The notes beneath the pieces were generated by a model that was not told the DNA's origin, ran no database searches, and saw only the letters and a list, made by a program, of their open reading frames with translations. From an uncultured delta proteobacterium (GTDB lineage Bacteria; Desulfobacterota; Binatia; JACPRU01): 64,000 nt of DNA. Both the position numbers and the translations under genes were made by a program. Position 1 is the stretch's first letter. Every line of letters begins with the position of its first letter. The stretch is taken from contig CAVUWD010000016.1 of the NCBI GenBank assembly GCA_963745025.1, positions 1,077,507-1,141,506 on the forward strand. The letters are read 5' to 3'. Positions 49,104 through 59,496 of the stretch are shown here, in pieces.

Positions 49104-49622
49104 TCACGGTGTCGGCGTCGGTGCCGGCCCCGTCGTCGAGGTCGGGAACGGAGCCGGCGTCAGCGTTGGCGGTGGCGCTACAGGGAACGGCTTGCCGGGC
49201 GGCAGGCTCGCGCCGTACTCCAGCTGCACGCTCCCCTGGCTGCAATCGATCGCCAGATTGTCGAGCGGAGCTGGATCGTCCGCGTCGGGGATGCCGTCGT
49301 TGTCGGTGTCGTCGTTCAGCGGGTCGGTCTCGCCGAGACAGGGCTCCCAGAACCCGTTGTTGTTGCAATCCTCGCAACCGGTGCACGTCGGCTGCTGGTG
49401 GTCCGGCTGGCCGTCGCACAGCCGGTCGCTGTCCGTATCGGTAATCAGGAAATCCGCTTCGCCGGGATCGTATGCGAAGTTGTCGTTGGTATCTTCGGTG
49501 GCGTCGGTGAGCCCGTCATCGTCGAAATCCGACCCGGACCCCGAGCTGACACATGCGTAGAGCCACAGCGCTACGACGAGGGCGATCGCCGCCGCCGCTC
49601 CCAGCTTCTGCTTCGCGCTCAT
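49104..49622 (-). CDS. Lipoprotein with Ca-binding DxDxDG (thrombospondin-3-like) repeats
   Basis: LYAC lipobox; DFDDDGLTD, DTDSDRLCDG, DTDNDGIPD; Pro/Thr tail; ATGA overlap with pgsA. Confidence 0.7.
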   Translation of the reverse strand: MSAKQKLGAAAAIALVVALWLYACVSSGSGSDFDDDGLTDATEDTNDNFAYDPGEADFLITDTDSDRLCDGQPDHQQPTCTGCEDCNNNGFWEPCLGETDPLNDDTDNDGIPDADDPAPLDNLAIDCSQGSVQLEYGASLPPGKPFPVAPPPTLTPAPFPTSTTGPAPTPTP

Positions 49623-50242
49623 GCCATTCCGCTCCCCGGGTGATGCGCCCGGATCTCGCGCGCCACCCGCGCGGTGTAGAGGCTCCCCGACCAAAGGCTC
49701 ACGACCGTCGAGATCCACAAGAAGTACATGCCGGCGAGATGAAAATCGATACACACGTAGGTGTAGTGCAGGAGCAGGCCGTGGAGCGCGAACATCTGGA
49801 AGATCATCTTGTACTTGCCGAGCTCCTCCGCCGGGATGACGATGTCTTCGCCCGAGGCGATCGCGCGCAGACCCGTGACGGCCATCTCACGGCCGACGAT
49901 GATCACGACGAGCCATCCCGGCAGGCGCGGCTCCCGATCCATCCCGACGAGCATGATGAGAATGGCGACGACGAGCAGCTTATCCGCGAGCGGATCGAGG
50001 AACTTGCCGAGCGTCGTGGTCAGCGAGTACTTGCGAGCGAGTTGCCCGTCCCAGTAATCGGTCAGGCAGGCGAAGAAAAAGAAGCCCGTCGCCAGTGCGC
50101 CCCGCGCGGCGCCTTCGTCCCGCAGCAAGAGAACGATGATCACGACGACCGCGATCCGGCCGAGCGTGAGTAGGTTCGGGAGATTGTTCCACACGATTGA
50201 GCGGAGCGGCGAACGAGGCGACGGCCCGCTGTCCTTCTTCAA
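49619..50242 (-). CDS. pgsA: CDP-diacylglycerol--glycerol-3-phosphate 3-phosphatidyltransferase (start uncertain; alternative GTG at 50,194)
   Basis: NLPNLLTLGRI, TDYWDGQLAR...LGKFLDPLADK, REMAVTGLR, GKYK. Confidence 0.92.
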   Translation of the reverse strand: MKKDSGPSPRSPLRSIVWNNLPNLLTLGRIAVVVIIVLLLRDEGAARGALATGFFFFACLTDYWDGQLARKYSLTTTLGKFLDPLADKLLVVAILIMLVGMDREPRLPGWLVVIIVGREMAVTGLRAIASGEDIVIPAEELGKYKMIFQMFALHGLLLHYTYVCIDFHLAGMYFLWISTVVSLWSGSLYTARVAREIRAHHPGSGMA

Positions 50243-50351
50243 GATGCGGAACTTAGAGGATTGGCGGCAGCGACGCAAATCACGGCGCCTGCAATCAGGG
50301 CGCCTGCGACCTTGAATCCCGTGTGCGTCGTTGTCATCATCCACGACCCTC

Positions 50352-51971
50352 ATGCGTGTTGAGAGCGACACGCTCGTCGTCGGCGGTGGCATCGCGGGTC
50401 TGTTCTTCGCCCTCAAGGCGGCGACGCGTGGTACCGTCACGCTCCTCACCAAAGACCGCCTGCCGATCAGCAACACCGCGTATGCGCAGGGGGGAATCGC
50501 CTCGGTCTGGAGTCCGGAGGACTCCTTTGCGGCTCACGTGGAAGACACGCTCGAGGCGGGAGCGGGACTCTGCCACCGCGACGTCGTCGAGCTCGTCGTT
50601 CGCGAAGGCCCCGACCGCATCCGGGAGCTGATTGCCCTCGGAACGAGCTTCTCGACCCGCGCCGACCAAGAGGATCGCGAGTACGATCTCGGACGCGAGG
50701 GCGGTCACTCGCACCGCCGCATTCTCCATGCCTTCGATGCCACCGGCTGGGAGATCATCCGAGCGCTCATTGCGGTCGTGCGCGCAGAGCCGGCAATCGT
50801 GGTGCTCGAGAACCACATCGCGATCGATCTCATGCTCGAGCCGGCGGCGGACGAAGCTCCTCCCACCTGTTGGGGAGCCTACGTCCTCGACCGCACGACG
50901 AACGAGGTGAAGAGCTTCGTCGCGCGCGCCACGATCCTCGCGACCGGCGGCGCGGGCAAGGTTTACCTCTATACGTCCAATCCCGACATCGCTACCGGCG
51001 ATGGCATCGCCATGGCCTGCCGCGCGGGGGCGGCGGTCGGCAACATGGAGTTCTTCCAGTTCCATCCCACGTGCCTCTACCATCCTCTCGCCAAGTCGTT
51101 CTTGCTCACCGAGGCGCTGCGCGGCGAAGGGGCGATCCTCAGGCTTCCCGACGGCACACCCTTCATGAAACGCTACGACTCCCGCGGCGAGCTCGCCCCG
51201 CGTGACATCGTCTCGCGCGCCATCGATCACGAGATGAAGGTGCACGGCTACGAGCACGTCTATCTCGACATCTCGCACCGCGATCCGGAGTTCGTCCGCA
51301 GCCGTTTTCCGACCATCTACCAACGCTGCCTCGAGTTCGGCCTCGACATGACGAAAGCCCCGCTCCCCGTCGTGCCCGCCGCGCACTATTGCTGCGGCGG
51401 GGTGGTCACCGACGAACACGCGCGAACGACCATCTCTAGACTCTACGCCTGCGGCGAGGTGGCGATGACGGGTCTGCACGGCGCGAACCGCCTCGCCTCG
51501 AATTCTCTCCTCGAGGCCCTGATCTTCGCCGAGCGTGCCTATCGAGACGTCACGGACCGGCTGGGCTCCGATTCCCTCCGGCCGCCGGAGCTTCCGCCCT
51601 GGAATCCCGGCAGCGCGGTCGACAGCGACGAATCCGTGGTGGTCACGCAAAACTGGGACGAGATCCGCCGGCTCATGTGGAACTACGTCGGCATCGTCCG
51701 CACGAACCGTCGCCTCGAGCGCGCGCGCAAACGAATCCGCATGCTGCAAGACGAGATCCACGACTATTACTGGAACTTCCTCGTCACCTCCGATCTCGTC
51801 GAACTTCGCAACATCGCACTGGTGGCCGAGCTGATCATCGAATCGGCGATCGGCCGGCGAGAGAGCCGGGGCCTCCACTTCAATCGAGACACTCCGGAGC
51901 GGGATGACGCGCACTGGCTCCGCGACACGGTGCTGACGCGCGAACGCCTCAAGCAGCTGCGGGGACGATGA
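50352..51971 (+). CDS. nadB: L-aspartate oxidase
   Basis: GGGIAG, NTAYAQGGIA, REGGHS.RRILH, QFHPT, EALRGEG, LHGANRLASNSLLE, RESRGLH. Confidence 0.96.
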   Translation: MRVESDTLVVGGGIAGLFFALKAATRGTVTLLTKDRLPISNTAYAQGGIASVWSPEDSFAAHVEDTLEAGAGLCHRDVVELVVREGPDRIRELIALGTSFSTRADQEDREYDLGREGGHSHRRILHAFDATGWEIIRALIAVVRAEPAIVVLENHIAIDLMLEPAADEAPPTCWGAYVLDRTTNEVKSFVARATILATGGAGKVYLYTSNPDIATGDGIAMACRAGAAVGNMEFFQFHPTCLYHPLAKSFLLTEALRGEGAILRLPDGTPFMKRYDSRGELAPRDIVSRAIDHEMKVHGYEHVYLDISHRDPEFVRSRFPTIYQRCLEFGLDMTKAPLPVVPAAHYCCGGVVTDEHARTTISRLYACGEVAMTGLHGANRLASNSLLEALIFAERAYRDVTDRLGSDSLRPPELPPWNPGSAVDSDESVVVTQNWDEIRRLMWNYVGIVRTNRRLERARKRIRMLQDEIHDYYWNFLVTSDLVELRNIALVAELIIESAIGRRESRGLHFNRDTPERDDAHWLRDTVLTRERLKQLRGR

Positions 51972-53142
51972 CCTCGGCCCCCTTGGCCGCCTCGCAGATC
52001 CACACGCCGGGGATCACCCCCGTCGCCTCGCGGTAGGCCCGCGACAACTCGGTCGCGAATCGTTCGGCACGCGACGCGGCGACGAGGCTCACCGTACAGC
52101 CGCCGAAGCCCGCGCCGGTCAGACGCGCCCCGTAGCATCCCTCGAGCCCGACGGCGGCGTCGACGAGCACATCGAGCTCGTCGCAGCTGACCTCGTAAAG
52201 GTCTCGCCCGCTTCGATGAGCGGCGGTCATCGCGCATCCGAGCGCGGCGGCATCGCCGCGCTCGACGTCGGGAATCACCGCCTGAACGCGGGCGATCTCC
52301 TCGACCACGTGGCGCGCGCGCTGGAACAGCAGGGCGGGCAGCGCGTCGCGCCCCCGCTCGAGCTCGGCCGGGGCGACGTCGCGGAGGCTGCGAATCGCGG
52401 GCATCGTTCGCCGCAGAATCTCCACGGCTTCTTCACATTGGCGCCGGCGCAGATTGAACTCGGATTCGGCGAGCTGGCGCCGGACCTTGGTATCGGCGAC
52501 GACGACGACCGTCGCCGCAGGCAGTGGAATCGCCCTCCATTCGAGGCTTCGGCAATCGAGCAGCAACGCATGCCCGCGCTTCCCGTGGAGGCTCGTGAAG
52601 GGATCCATCAGTCCGCAGGCGACCCCGACGTAGACGTTCTCCGCCTGCTGGCAGAGGCGAGCGAGATCGAGGCCACCGATTTTCCACCCGCCGAGGGCTC
52701 GCCAGAGGACGGCGAAGGCCACCTCGATCGCGGCCGATGACGACAGTCCCGCCCCGATTGGCACGTCGGAAGCCAGCGCGACGTCGACTCCCGGCACGCG
52801 GAGGCCCTGACCATGGAGCACCGACGCAACTCCGGCGGGATAGAACGCCCACGGAGCGAGCGGCCTTCCGTCTTGGTCGGTCCTCAAAGCGACGTGCTCC
52901 ATCCGAAAGCTCGTTCGCTCAGCGAGATCGGCCGCCTCGATCGTGATGGCGTCGTCGGCGACAGGAGCCGCCGCGATCCAGGCGGCACGATCGATCGCCG
53001 CCGGCAGCACGAGGCCCGCGTTGTAATCGACGTGCTCGCCGATCAGGTTCACGCGTCCGGGGGCGCGCACGACGAGCGCCGGCTCGCGCCCGAATCGCTC
53101 CCGGAACGCTCGCAGCGCTCGCCCTTTCGCGGTCGACGGCAT
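51949..53142 (-). CDS. galK: Galactokinase
   Basis: APGRVNLIGEHVDYN, PIGAGLSSSAA, CGLMD, GARLTGAGFGG. Confidence 0.96.
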   Translation of the reverse strand: MPSTAKGRALRAFRERFGREPALVVRAPGRVNLIGEHVDYNAGLVLPAAIDRAAWIAAAPVADDAITIEAADLAERTSFRMEHVALRTDQDGRPLAPWAFYPAGVASVLHGQGLRVPGVDVALASDVPIGAGLSSSAAIEVAFAVLWRALGGWKIGGLDLARLCQQAENVYVGVACGLMDPFTSLHGKRGHALLLDCRSLEWRAIPLPAATVVVVADTKVRRQLAESEFNLRRRQCEEAVEILRRTMPAIRSLRDVAPAELERGRDALPALLFQRARHVVEEIARVQAVIPDVERGDAAALGCAMTAAHRSGRDLYEVSCDELDVLVDAAVGLEGCYGARLTGAGFGGCTVSLVAASRAERFATELSRAYREATGVIPGVWICEAAKGAEVIVPAAA

Positions 53143-53167
53143 GGGACCCCTTTGATAAACCTGGCGC

Positions 53168-53473
53168 ATGTACATAGCCATGAACAATTTTCGCGTGCGG
53201 CCGGAGCGAGCGGTCGACTTCGAGAACGCCTGGGCGAATCGCGAGTCCTATCTCGCCGACGTCCCCGGCTTTCGTGAATTCCATCTGCTGCGCGGCCCGA
53301 TCGACGAGAACGGCGAGCGCCTCTACGCCTCGCACACCGTCTGGGAGGATGAGGCCTCGTTCCGCGCGTGGACGGAGAGCGACGCGTTCCGCAAGGCCCA
53401 TGCGCAGGGCAAGGTCGGGGACCTCCTCGCCGGACCGCCCCGGTTCATCGGCTGGGAAGTGGTCGCAATGTGA
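53168..53473 (+). CDS. Antibiotic-biosynthesis monooxygenase family (IsdG/HmoA-like)
   Basis: MYIAMN.F.V, FE..W..RE, SHTVW...F.AWT.S.AFRKAH. Confidence 0.88.
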   Translation: MYIAMNNFRVRPERAVDFENAWANRESYLADVPGFREFHLLRGPIDENGERLYASHTVWEDEASFRAWTESDAFRKAHAQGKVGDLLAGPPRFIGWEVVAM

Positions 53474-53502
53474 AGACGGCTACCGGCTTGCGGCTACCGC
53501 AA

Positions 53503-53643
53503 GCCCGCAAAGCGGGGGCTAGGGACGGGGGTTAGGGGTGGGCGCGTCGGGTTCCTGCGCAGCAGGAGCGTCCCAGAACGCGAACGCCCGCGAAGCGGGG
53601 GCCAGGGACGGGGGTTGTGGGTCGGCGTGGTTGGGTTCCTGCG
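53503..53643 (+). repeat. Two imperfect G-rich 58-nt tandem units (83-nt period), REP/BIME-like
   Basis: GCCCGC.AAGCGGGGGC.AGGGACGGGGGTT...GGGTTCCTGCGC at 53,503 and 53,586. Confidence 0.75.
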
Positions 53644-55092
53644 CTAGTGAACGTTCCGATGCTTCGCCTCGAACAGATGCAGCTGGATCGGCTGCTCGTC
53701 TTCGGGGCTCACGGGCACGGGATAGCGGCCGGTGAAGCAGGCGTCGCAGAAGCTCGTCTGCCGCGACTCGCCGTCACGCACGAACGTGTAGAGGCCCTCC
53801 TCGTCCAGATAGCCGAGGGTGTCCGCGCCGATGAACGCGCGGATCTCCTCGATCGAGTGCGATGACGCGATCAGCTCCTTGTGCGTCGGCGTGTCGACCC
53901 CGTAGAAGCACGGACCGGTCGTCGGCGGCGAGCTGATCCGCATGTGCACTTCGCGAGCGCCGGCGTTTCGCACCATGGTGACGATCTTGCGGCTCGTCGT
54001 GCCGCGCACGATCGAATCGTCGACGACGATCACGCGCTTGCCCTCGAGCACGTCGCGCTGCGCGTTGAGCTTGACCTTCACGCCGAAGTGGCGAATCGAA
54101 TCCTGCGGCTCGATGAACGTGCGTCCCACGTAGTGGTTGCGGATGAGACCCATCTCGAACGGGATCCCCGATTGCTCGGAGTATCCGACCGCTGCCGGCA
54201 GACCGGAATCGGGAACGGGGATCACGATGTCCGCCTCGACCGCGTGACTGCGCGCCAGCCGGCGGCCGAGCGCTTTGCGCACCTGGTAGACGTTGCGGCC
54301 ATACACGCGGCTGTCCGGCCGCGCGAAATAGACGTACTCGAAGATGCAGCGCTTGGGCTCGACCGGGAAAAACGGCCGATAGGCTCTCATGCCCGACACG
54401 GCGAACTCGATCACCTCGCCGGGCTCGACCTCGCGCACGTACTCGGCGTCGACGAGGTCGAGCGCGCAGGTCTCCGAGGCGACGACCCACCCTTCCCCCG
54501 GCCGGTCCTGGCCGCGCAGCCGCCCGACCACCAGCGGACGAAAGCCGCGCGGATCCCGCGCGGCGATCATCTCGGTCTCGGAGAGCAAGACGAGCGAGTA
54601 CGCTCCTCGCACCTCGCCGAGCGCCTCGGCCACGCGATCGACCAGCCGTTCGGCCTTCGACATCGCAATCAGGTGAAGAATCACTTCCGAATCGGTGCCC
54701 GACTGGAAGATCCGGCCGTCGGCCTCGAGCCGGCGGCGGAGCTCGACGTAGTTCGTCAGGTTCCCGTTGTGGGAGAGCGCGACTGCCCCCCCCACGTAGT
54801 CCACGCAGAACGGCTGTGCATTCTTCAAGAGCGTCGAGCCAGACGTCGAGTAGCGGTTGTGGCCGATCGCCGCGGTGCCCTCGAGCTGCCGGATGATGTC
54901 CTCGTGGAAGATGTCGGCGACGAGCCCCATGCCACGATGCGACAGCAGCACTTTGCCGTCGGCCGAGACGATTCCCGCGGATTCTTGCCCCCGGTGCTGC
55001 AGGGCATAGAGGGAGAGGTAGACGAGATTGGCCGCTTCGGGATGACCATAGACCCCGACGACGCCACACTCTTCGTGAAAGCTATCGAGCAT
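53644..55092 (-). CDS. purF: Amidophosphoribosyltransferase
   Basis: [56 protein letters not shown]. Confidence 0.97.
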   Translation of the reverse strand: MLDSFHEECGVVGVYGHPEAANLVYLSLYALQHRGQESAGIVSADGKVLLSHRGMGLVADIFHEDIIRQLEGTAAIGHNRYSTSGSTLLKNAQPFCVDYVGGAVALSHNGNLTNYVELRRRLEADGRIFQSGTDSEVILHLIAMSKAERLVDRVAEALGEVRGAYSLVLLSETEMIAARDPRGFRPLVVGRLRGQDRPGEGWVVASETCALDLVDAEYVREVEPGEVIEFAVSGMRAYRPFFPVEPKRCIFEYVYFARPDSRVYGRNVYQVRKALGRRLARSHAVEADIVIPVPDSGLPAAVGYSEQSGIPFEMGLIRNHYVGRTFIEPQDSIRHFGVKVKLNAQRDVLEGKRVIVVDDSIVRGTTSRKIVTMVRNAGAREVHMRISSPPTTGPCFYGVDTPTHKELIASSHSIEEIRAFIGADTLGYLDEEGLYTFVRDGESRQTSFCDACFTGRYPVPVSPEDEQPIQLHLFEAKHRNVH

Positions 55093-55126
55093 TAACCCGG
55101 CGCGGATCGCCCACCTCGAGCCGGCG

Positions 55127-57346
55127 TCATGCTACCACTCGCAGTGCGCGTTCTAAAGCGCCCTCCCAGACCTCGGCGAGATCGACGATAGAGAAATCGA
55201 TCCAGTCGCCGATCTCGAGCCGGTCGCCGATCACCTCGCCGATCACCTCGACTGGGATCCCCTCGCGCTGCGCGCGATCGCGCAGGCGCGGCCAGCCCTG
55301 CCGATCGACCGACACGATCACGCGCGACTGGCTCTCCCCGAAGAGCAGCACGTCGGCCCGCATCCCCTGCTCGAGATCGATGCGCGCGCCGAGCCGATCG
55401 GCAGACGTGAGGCAGCATTCTGCGAGGGCCACGCAGAGCCCTCCCTCGGCGACGTCGTGCGCCGAGCGGAGCGCGCCTTCCTCCGCCACCGCGCGTACGA
55501 ATGCCTGCAGCCGCTTCTCGAACCCCAGGTCAATCCACGGCGGCGAGCCGCGCACGAGGCCGTGCACCGTCGCTAGGTATTCGCTTCCGCCGAGCTCCTC
55601 CCGCGTCCGGCCGATGAGAATGATCACGTCGCCGGCGCGCCGGAAGCCCTGAGCGAGACACCGGGTCACGTCCTCGAGAAGCCCGACCATGGCGATGGTC
55701 GGCGTCGGCGGAATCGATCGCCCTTCGGTGTCGTTGTAGAAGCTCACGTTGCCGCTCACCACCGGGACCCCGAGCGCGAGGCACGCGTCGCGGATGCCTG
55801 CGATCGCCTGCTGGAACTGCCACATGACTTCCGGCTTCTCCGGGTTGCCGAAATTCAGGCAATCGCTGATGCCGAGCGGCCGGGCTCCGCTCACCACTAG
55901 ATTCCGCGCCGCCTCGCACGTAGCGATCACCGCGCCGACGTAGGGATCGAGGAGGCAGTAGCGGCTGTTGCAGTCGACCGTGACCGCCAGCCCTTTGCGG
56001 CTTCCCTTGATGCGCAGGACCGCAGCGTCGGACCCCGGCCCGATCACGGTGTGACCCCGCACCAGCGAGTCGTACTGCCGGTAGACCCATCGCTTGGAGC
56101 AGAGGTTCGGGCTGCCCAGGAGCTGGAGGAGGACGTGGTTGTAGTCGCTCGGCTCGGCAACGGATGCGATCGCGAGATCCTGCAGCTCATTGAGATTCTT
56201 AGGCTCCTCTGCCGGCCTGCGGTAGACGGGTGCCTGCGTGGAGACCGGCTCGACGGGGATCTGCACCACCTCCGCACCGTGCCAGCGGGCCCTGAACATT
56301 CCGTCGTCGGCCACGCGACCGATCACGGCAGCCTGGAGATCCCACTTGTCGAAGATCCGCTTCACGTCGGCTTCGCGCCCGGCTTTGGCGACGAGCAGCA
56401 TCCGTTCCTGCGACTCCGAGAGCAGGATCTCGTAGGCACTCATGCCTTGCTCGCGTTGCGGCACGCGATCGAGGTCGATCTCGATGCCGAGACCACCGCG
56501 GCCGGCCATCTCGACCGAAGAGCTGGTGAGCCCGGCGGCGCCCATGTCCTGAATCGCCACCAGGCAATCGCTCTCCACGAGCTCGAGGCAAGCCTCGAGT
56601 AGTAGCTTCTCGGTGAACGGATCACCGACTTGAACGGTCGGCCGCTTCTCATCCGAGTCCTCGTCGAACTCCGCCGACGCCATGCTGGCGCCGTGAATGC
56701 CGTCGCGCCCCGTATGCGAGCCGACGTACATGACCGGATTGTCGACGCCGGAAGCCGCGGCGCGAAAGATGCGATCGTGCCGCACGAGGCCGAGCGTGAA
56801 CGCGTTGACGAGGATGTTGTCGTTGTAGCCAGCGTCGAAGTACACCTCACCGCCAACCGTGGCGACACCGACGCAATTCCCGTATCCACCGATGCCGGCG
56901 ACCACACCCTTCACCAGATGCGGGGTTCGCGGATGATCCACGGCGCCGAAGCGGAGCGAATTGAGGTTCGCGATCGGCCGCGCGCCCATCGTGAAGACGT
57001 CGCGCAGAATCCCACCCACCCCCGTCGCCGCCCCCTGGTAGGGCTCGATGAACGAAGGATGATTGTGACTCTCGATCTTGAAGACCGCAGCAAGCCCGTC
57101 GCCGATGTCGACGATTCCGGCATTCTCGCCGGGCCCTTGAAGGACGTGCGGACCGGTCGTCGGCAGCGACTTCAGGTGGACGCGCGAGCTCTTGTAGCTA
57201 CAGTGCTCCGACCACATCGCCGAAAACACGCCGAGCTCCTCGAGTGTGGGGGCGCGTCCGAGAATCTCGCAGATCTTCTGCCACTCCTCCGCGGTGAGGC
57301 CGTGCTCCGCGGCGATCTCGGCCGTGACCAGCGAACGCTCGCTCAC
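55127..57346 (-). CDS. purL: Phosphoribosylformylglycinamidine synthase subunit PurL
   Basis: [53 protein letters not shown]. Confidence 0.97.
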   Translation of the reverse strand: MSERSLVTAEIAAEHGLTAEEWQKICEILGRAPTLEELGVFSAMWSEHCSYKSSRVHLKSLPTTGPHVLQGPGENAGIVDIGDGLAAVFKIESHNHPSFIEPYQGAATGVGGILRDVFTMGARPIANLNSLRFGAVDHPRTPHLVKGVVAGIGGYGNCVGVATVGGEVYFDAGYNDNILVNAFTLGLVRHDRIFRAAASGVDNPVMYVGSHTGRDGIHGASMASAEFDEDSDEKRPTVQVGDPFTEKLLLEACLELVESDCLVAIQDMGAAGLTSSSVEMAGRGGLGIEIDLDRVPQREQGMSAYEILLSESQERMLLVAKAGREADVKRIFDKWDLQAAVIGRVADDGMFRARWHGAEVVQIPVEPVSTQAPVYRRPAEEPKNLNELQDLAIASVAEPSDYNHVLLQLLGSPNLCSKRWVYRQYDSLVRGHTVIGPGSDAAVLRIKGSRKGLAVTVDCNSRYCLLDPYVGAVIATCEAARNLVVSGARPLGISDCLNFGNPEKPEVMWQFQQAIAGIRDACLALGVPVVSGNVSFYNDTEGRSIPPTPTIAMVGLLEDVTRCLAQGFRRAGDVIILIGRTREELGGSEYLATVHGLVRGSPPWIDLGFEKRLQAFVRAVAEEGALRSAHDVAEGGLCVALAECCLTSADRLGARIDLEQGMRADVLLFGESQSRVIVSVDRQGWPRLRDRAQREGIPVEVIGEVIGDRLEIGDWIDFSIVDLAEVWEGALERALRVVA

Positions 57347-57357
57347 GTTGCCAGGCC

Positions 57358-58071
57358 CTATGCTCGCGCGGCGGCCAGCGGCTGTTCGAGCCCGTCGATC
57401 AGCGAGCCAAAGAGCTTGCGGCCATCCTCGCCCCCGACGATCGCCTCCACGGCGTGCTCGGGGTGCGGCATCAGGCCGAAAACGTTGCGCCCCGCGTTCA
57501 TCACTCCGGCAATCGAGTGGAGCGACCCGTTGGGATTCGCTTCGGGCGTCGGCTCGCCGGAGGCATCGACGTAGCGAAAGAGCACCTGACCACGCGCTTC
57601 GATCTCGCCGAGCGTCGTGTCGTCGGCGACGTAGCAGCCCTCGCCGTGCTTGATCGGGATCTCGAGGATCTCGCCCTTACGGCAGCGGCGAGTGAATGGT
57701 GTGTCTGGATTCTCGACCCGCAGGCGTACACGCTCGCAAATGAACGAAAGCGATCGGTTGCGCACCAGCGCGCCCGGCAGCAGCCCTGCTTCGCAGAGGA
57801 TCTGGAAGCCGTTGCAGATGCCGACCACGGGTCCACCCGATTCGGCGAACGCGCGGACGCTCTGCATGACCGGCGAGAAGCGGGCCATCGCTCCGCAACG
57901 AAGATAGTCCCCGTAGGAAAATCCGCCCGGCACGACGATCGCCTCGGCGCCTTTGAGATCCGCGTCCTTGTGCCAGAGCGCCACGGCCTGCTGGCCGAGC
58001 ACTTCCGAGAGCGCCCAGAGCGCGTCTTGATCGTCGTTGGAGCCGGGGAAGACCAGGACGCCCCACTTCAT
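57358..58071 (-). CDS. purQ: Phosphoribosylformylglycinamidine synthase subunit PurQ
   Basis: [30 protein letters not shown]. Confidence 0.97.
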   Translation of the reverse strand: MKWGVLVFPGSNDDQDALWALSEVLGQQAVALWHKDADLKGAEAIVVPGGFSYGDYLRCGAMARFSPVMQSVRAFAESGGPVVGICNGFQILCEAGLLPGALVRNRSLSFICERVRLRVENPDTPFTRRCRKGEILEIPIKHGEGCYVADDTTLGEIEARGQVLFRYVDASGEPTPEANPNGSLHSIAGVMNAGRNVFGLMPHPEHAVEAIVGGEDGRKLFGSLIDGLEQPLAAARA

Positions 58072-58087
58072 ACCGCCCCCCGCCCTC

Positions 58088-58426
58088 GGCTGTGGTCTGC
58101 GGGCTGCGGGCTGCGGGAAATGAGGCTGCAATGTAAGGCCTCAGTCTCGGGACGATCGCTCCGGCGATGGAGAACGCGGGCGATCGCGGTCGATCCGTAC
58201 TCGGGTCGACCGCGATCGCCCGCAACCGCGCGAAGCGCGGAACGCAATAGACCAGCGCCGAGGGTTGTTGCCTTCCGCGCTCCGCGCGGTGCTGGAGTTT
58301 CCGGTCGAGCCGAGTACGTCCCGACCGAAAACTCCAGCGCTCCTCGGAATTGCCAGCGCTCGAGAAGAGACTGAAACCTCACGCCGTGGTGCCTTGCCCG
58401 TAGACCGTAGCCCGTAGCCTGTAACC
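58088..58426. repeat. Structured intergenic element: inverted heptamer arrays enclosing nested long hairpins
   Basis: (GGCTGCG)n-like 58,088-58,117 vs (CCCGTAG)n-like 58,397-58,426; hairpins 58,176-58,223 and 58,291-58,338. Confidence 0.75.
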
Positions 58427-58432
58427 TTCTCT

Positions 58433-58678
58433 TCACTTGTCGACCACCTCGAAGCGAAAATCCTCGATCACCTGGTTCGCGAGCAGCTTCTCGCACATCT
58501 CGCGGACACGCGCGGAGGCCCGCTCGCGAGAGCCGTCTTCGAGCCGGATCTCCACGTACTTGCCGATGCGAACATCGCCGACCTCGGCGAAGCCGAGCGT
58601 GCGAAGCGCGTGCTCCACCGCTTTGCCTTGCGGGTCGAGCACGCCCCGCTTCGGTGTCACGTAGACCTTGGCGAGCAT
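58433..58678 (-). CDS. purS: Phosphoribosylformylglycinamidine synthase subunit PurS
   Basis: VLDPQG.AV, VRIGKY, MCEKLLAN.VIEDF. Confidence 0.97.
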   Translation of the reverse strand: MLAKVYVTPKRGVLDPQGKAVEHALRTLGFAEVGDVRIGKYVEIRLEDGSRERASARVREMCEKLLANQVIEDFRFEVVDK

Positions 58679-58782
58679 CTCATCTCACCCGAGCTTCGCG
58701 GCAACGACTGAAACGTGTAGGGGCATTGGGGCCTCGTATCTCATATCTTCGTGTGAAACCGTGAAGACCTACCGGTGGTCGC

Positions 58783-59487
58783 TCATCGTGACACGCGGGC
58801 CATCATCTCGCGGTACGCGCCCTCGACGTTGCCGAGATCGCGCCGGAAGCGATCCTTGTCGAGCTTCTCGCGCGTCACCTTGTCCCAGAACCGGCAGGTA
58901 TCGGGACAGATCTCGTCGCCGAGGAGGATCTCGCCTTTGTGGCGACCGAACTCGAACTTCGCATCGACGAGCAGGATACCGCGGGTGTCGAGAAAGCGTC
59001 GCACGACGTCGTTCACTTCCAACGCCATGGCGCGGATCCTCGAAAGCTCTGCCTCCGTCGCAAAGCCGAAGGCGTAGATGTGGTCCTCGATGATCATCGG
59101 ATCGTCGAGCGCGTCGCTCTTGTAGTAGTATTCCACGATCGGTCGCGGCAGCTCCCTGCCCTCCTCGAGCCCGAGGCGCTTGGCGAGGCTTCCGGCCACG
59201 AGGTTGCGCACCACGGTCTCGACCGGAACGATCTCGAGCCGTTTGACGAGCATCTCTCGATCCGAGAGCCGCTTCACGAAGTGCGTGCGCACGCCTTCCT
59301 TCTCGACCAGACCGAAGAAGATCTCCGACATTCGGTTGTTGAGGATGCCCTTCTCCGCGATCGTGCCGCGCTTCTTCGCGTTGAATGCGGTCGCGTCGTC
59401 TTTGAAATACTGGATGAGCAGGTCGGGATCGTCAGTGGTGTAGAGCTTCTTGGCCTTGCCCTCGTAGATGAGCTCCCGCTTCTCCAT
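58783..59487 (-). CDS. purC: SAICAR synthase
   Basis: [42 protein letters not shown]. Confidence 0.97.
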   Translation of the reverse strand: MEKRELIYEGKAKKLYTTDDPDLLIQYFKDDATAFNAKKRGTIAEKGILNNRMSEIFFGLVEKEGVRTHFVKRLSDREMLVKRLEIVPVETVVRNLVAGSLAKRLGLEEGRELPRPIVEYYYKSDALDDPMIIEDHIYAFGFATEAELSRIRAMALEVNDVVRRFLDTRGILLVDAKFEFGRHKGEILLGDEICPDTCRFWDKVTREKLDKDRFRRDLGNVEGAYREMMARVSR

Positions 59488-59496
59488 ATCCGTCTC

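Noticed and set aside
49619-50476. 285-aa extended pgsA
   Set aside because: The extension overlaps nadB on the opposite strand; homology begins near NLPNLLT.
51949-51971. Convergent nadB/galK 3' overlap
   Set aside because: Short convergent overlaps are common in GC-rich genomes; no further signal.
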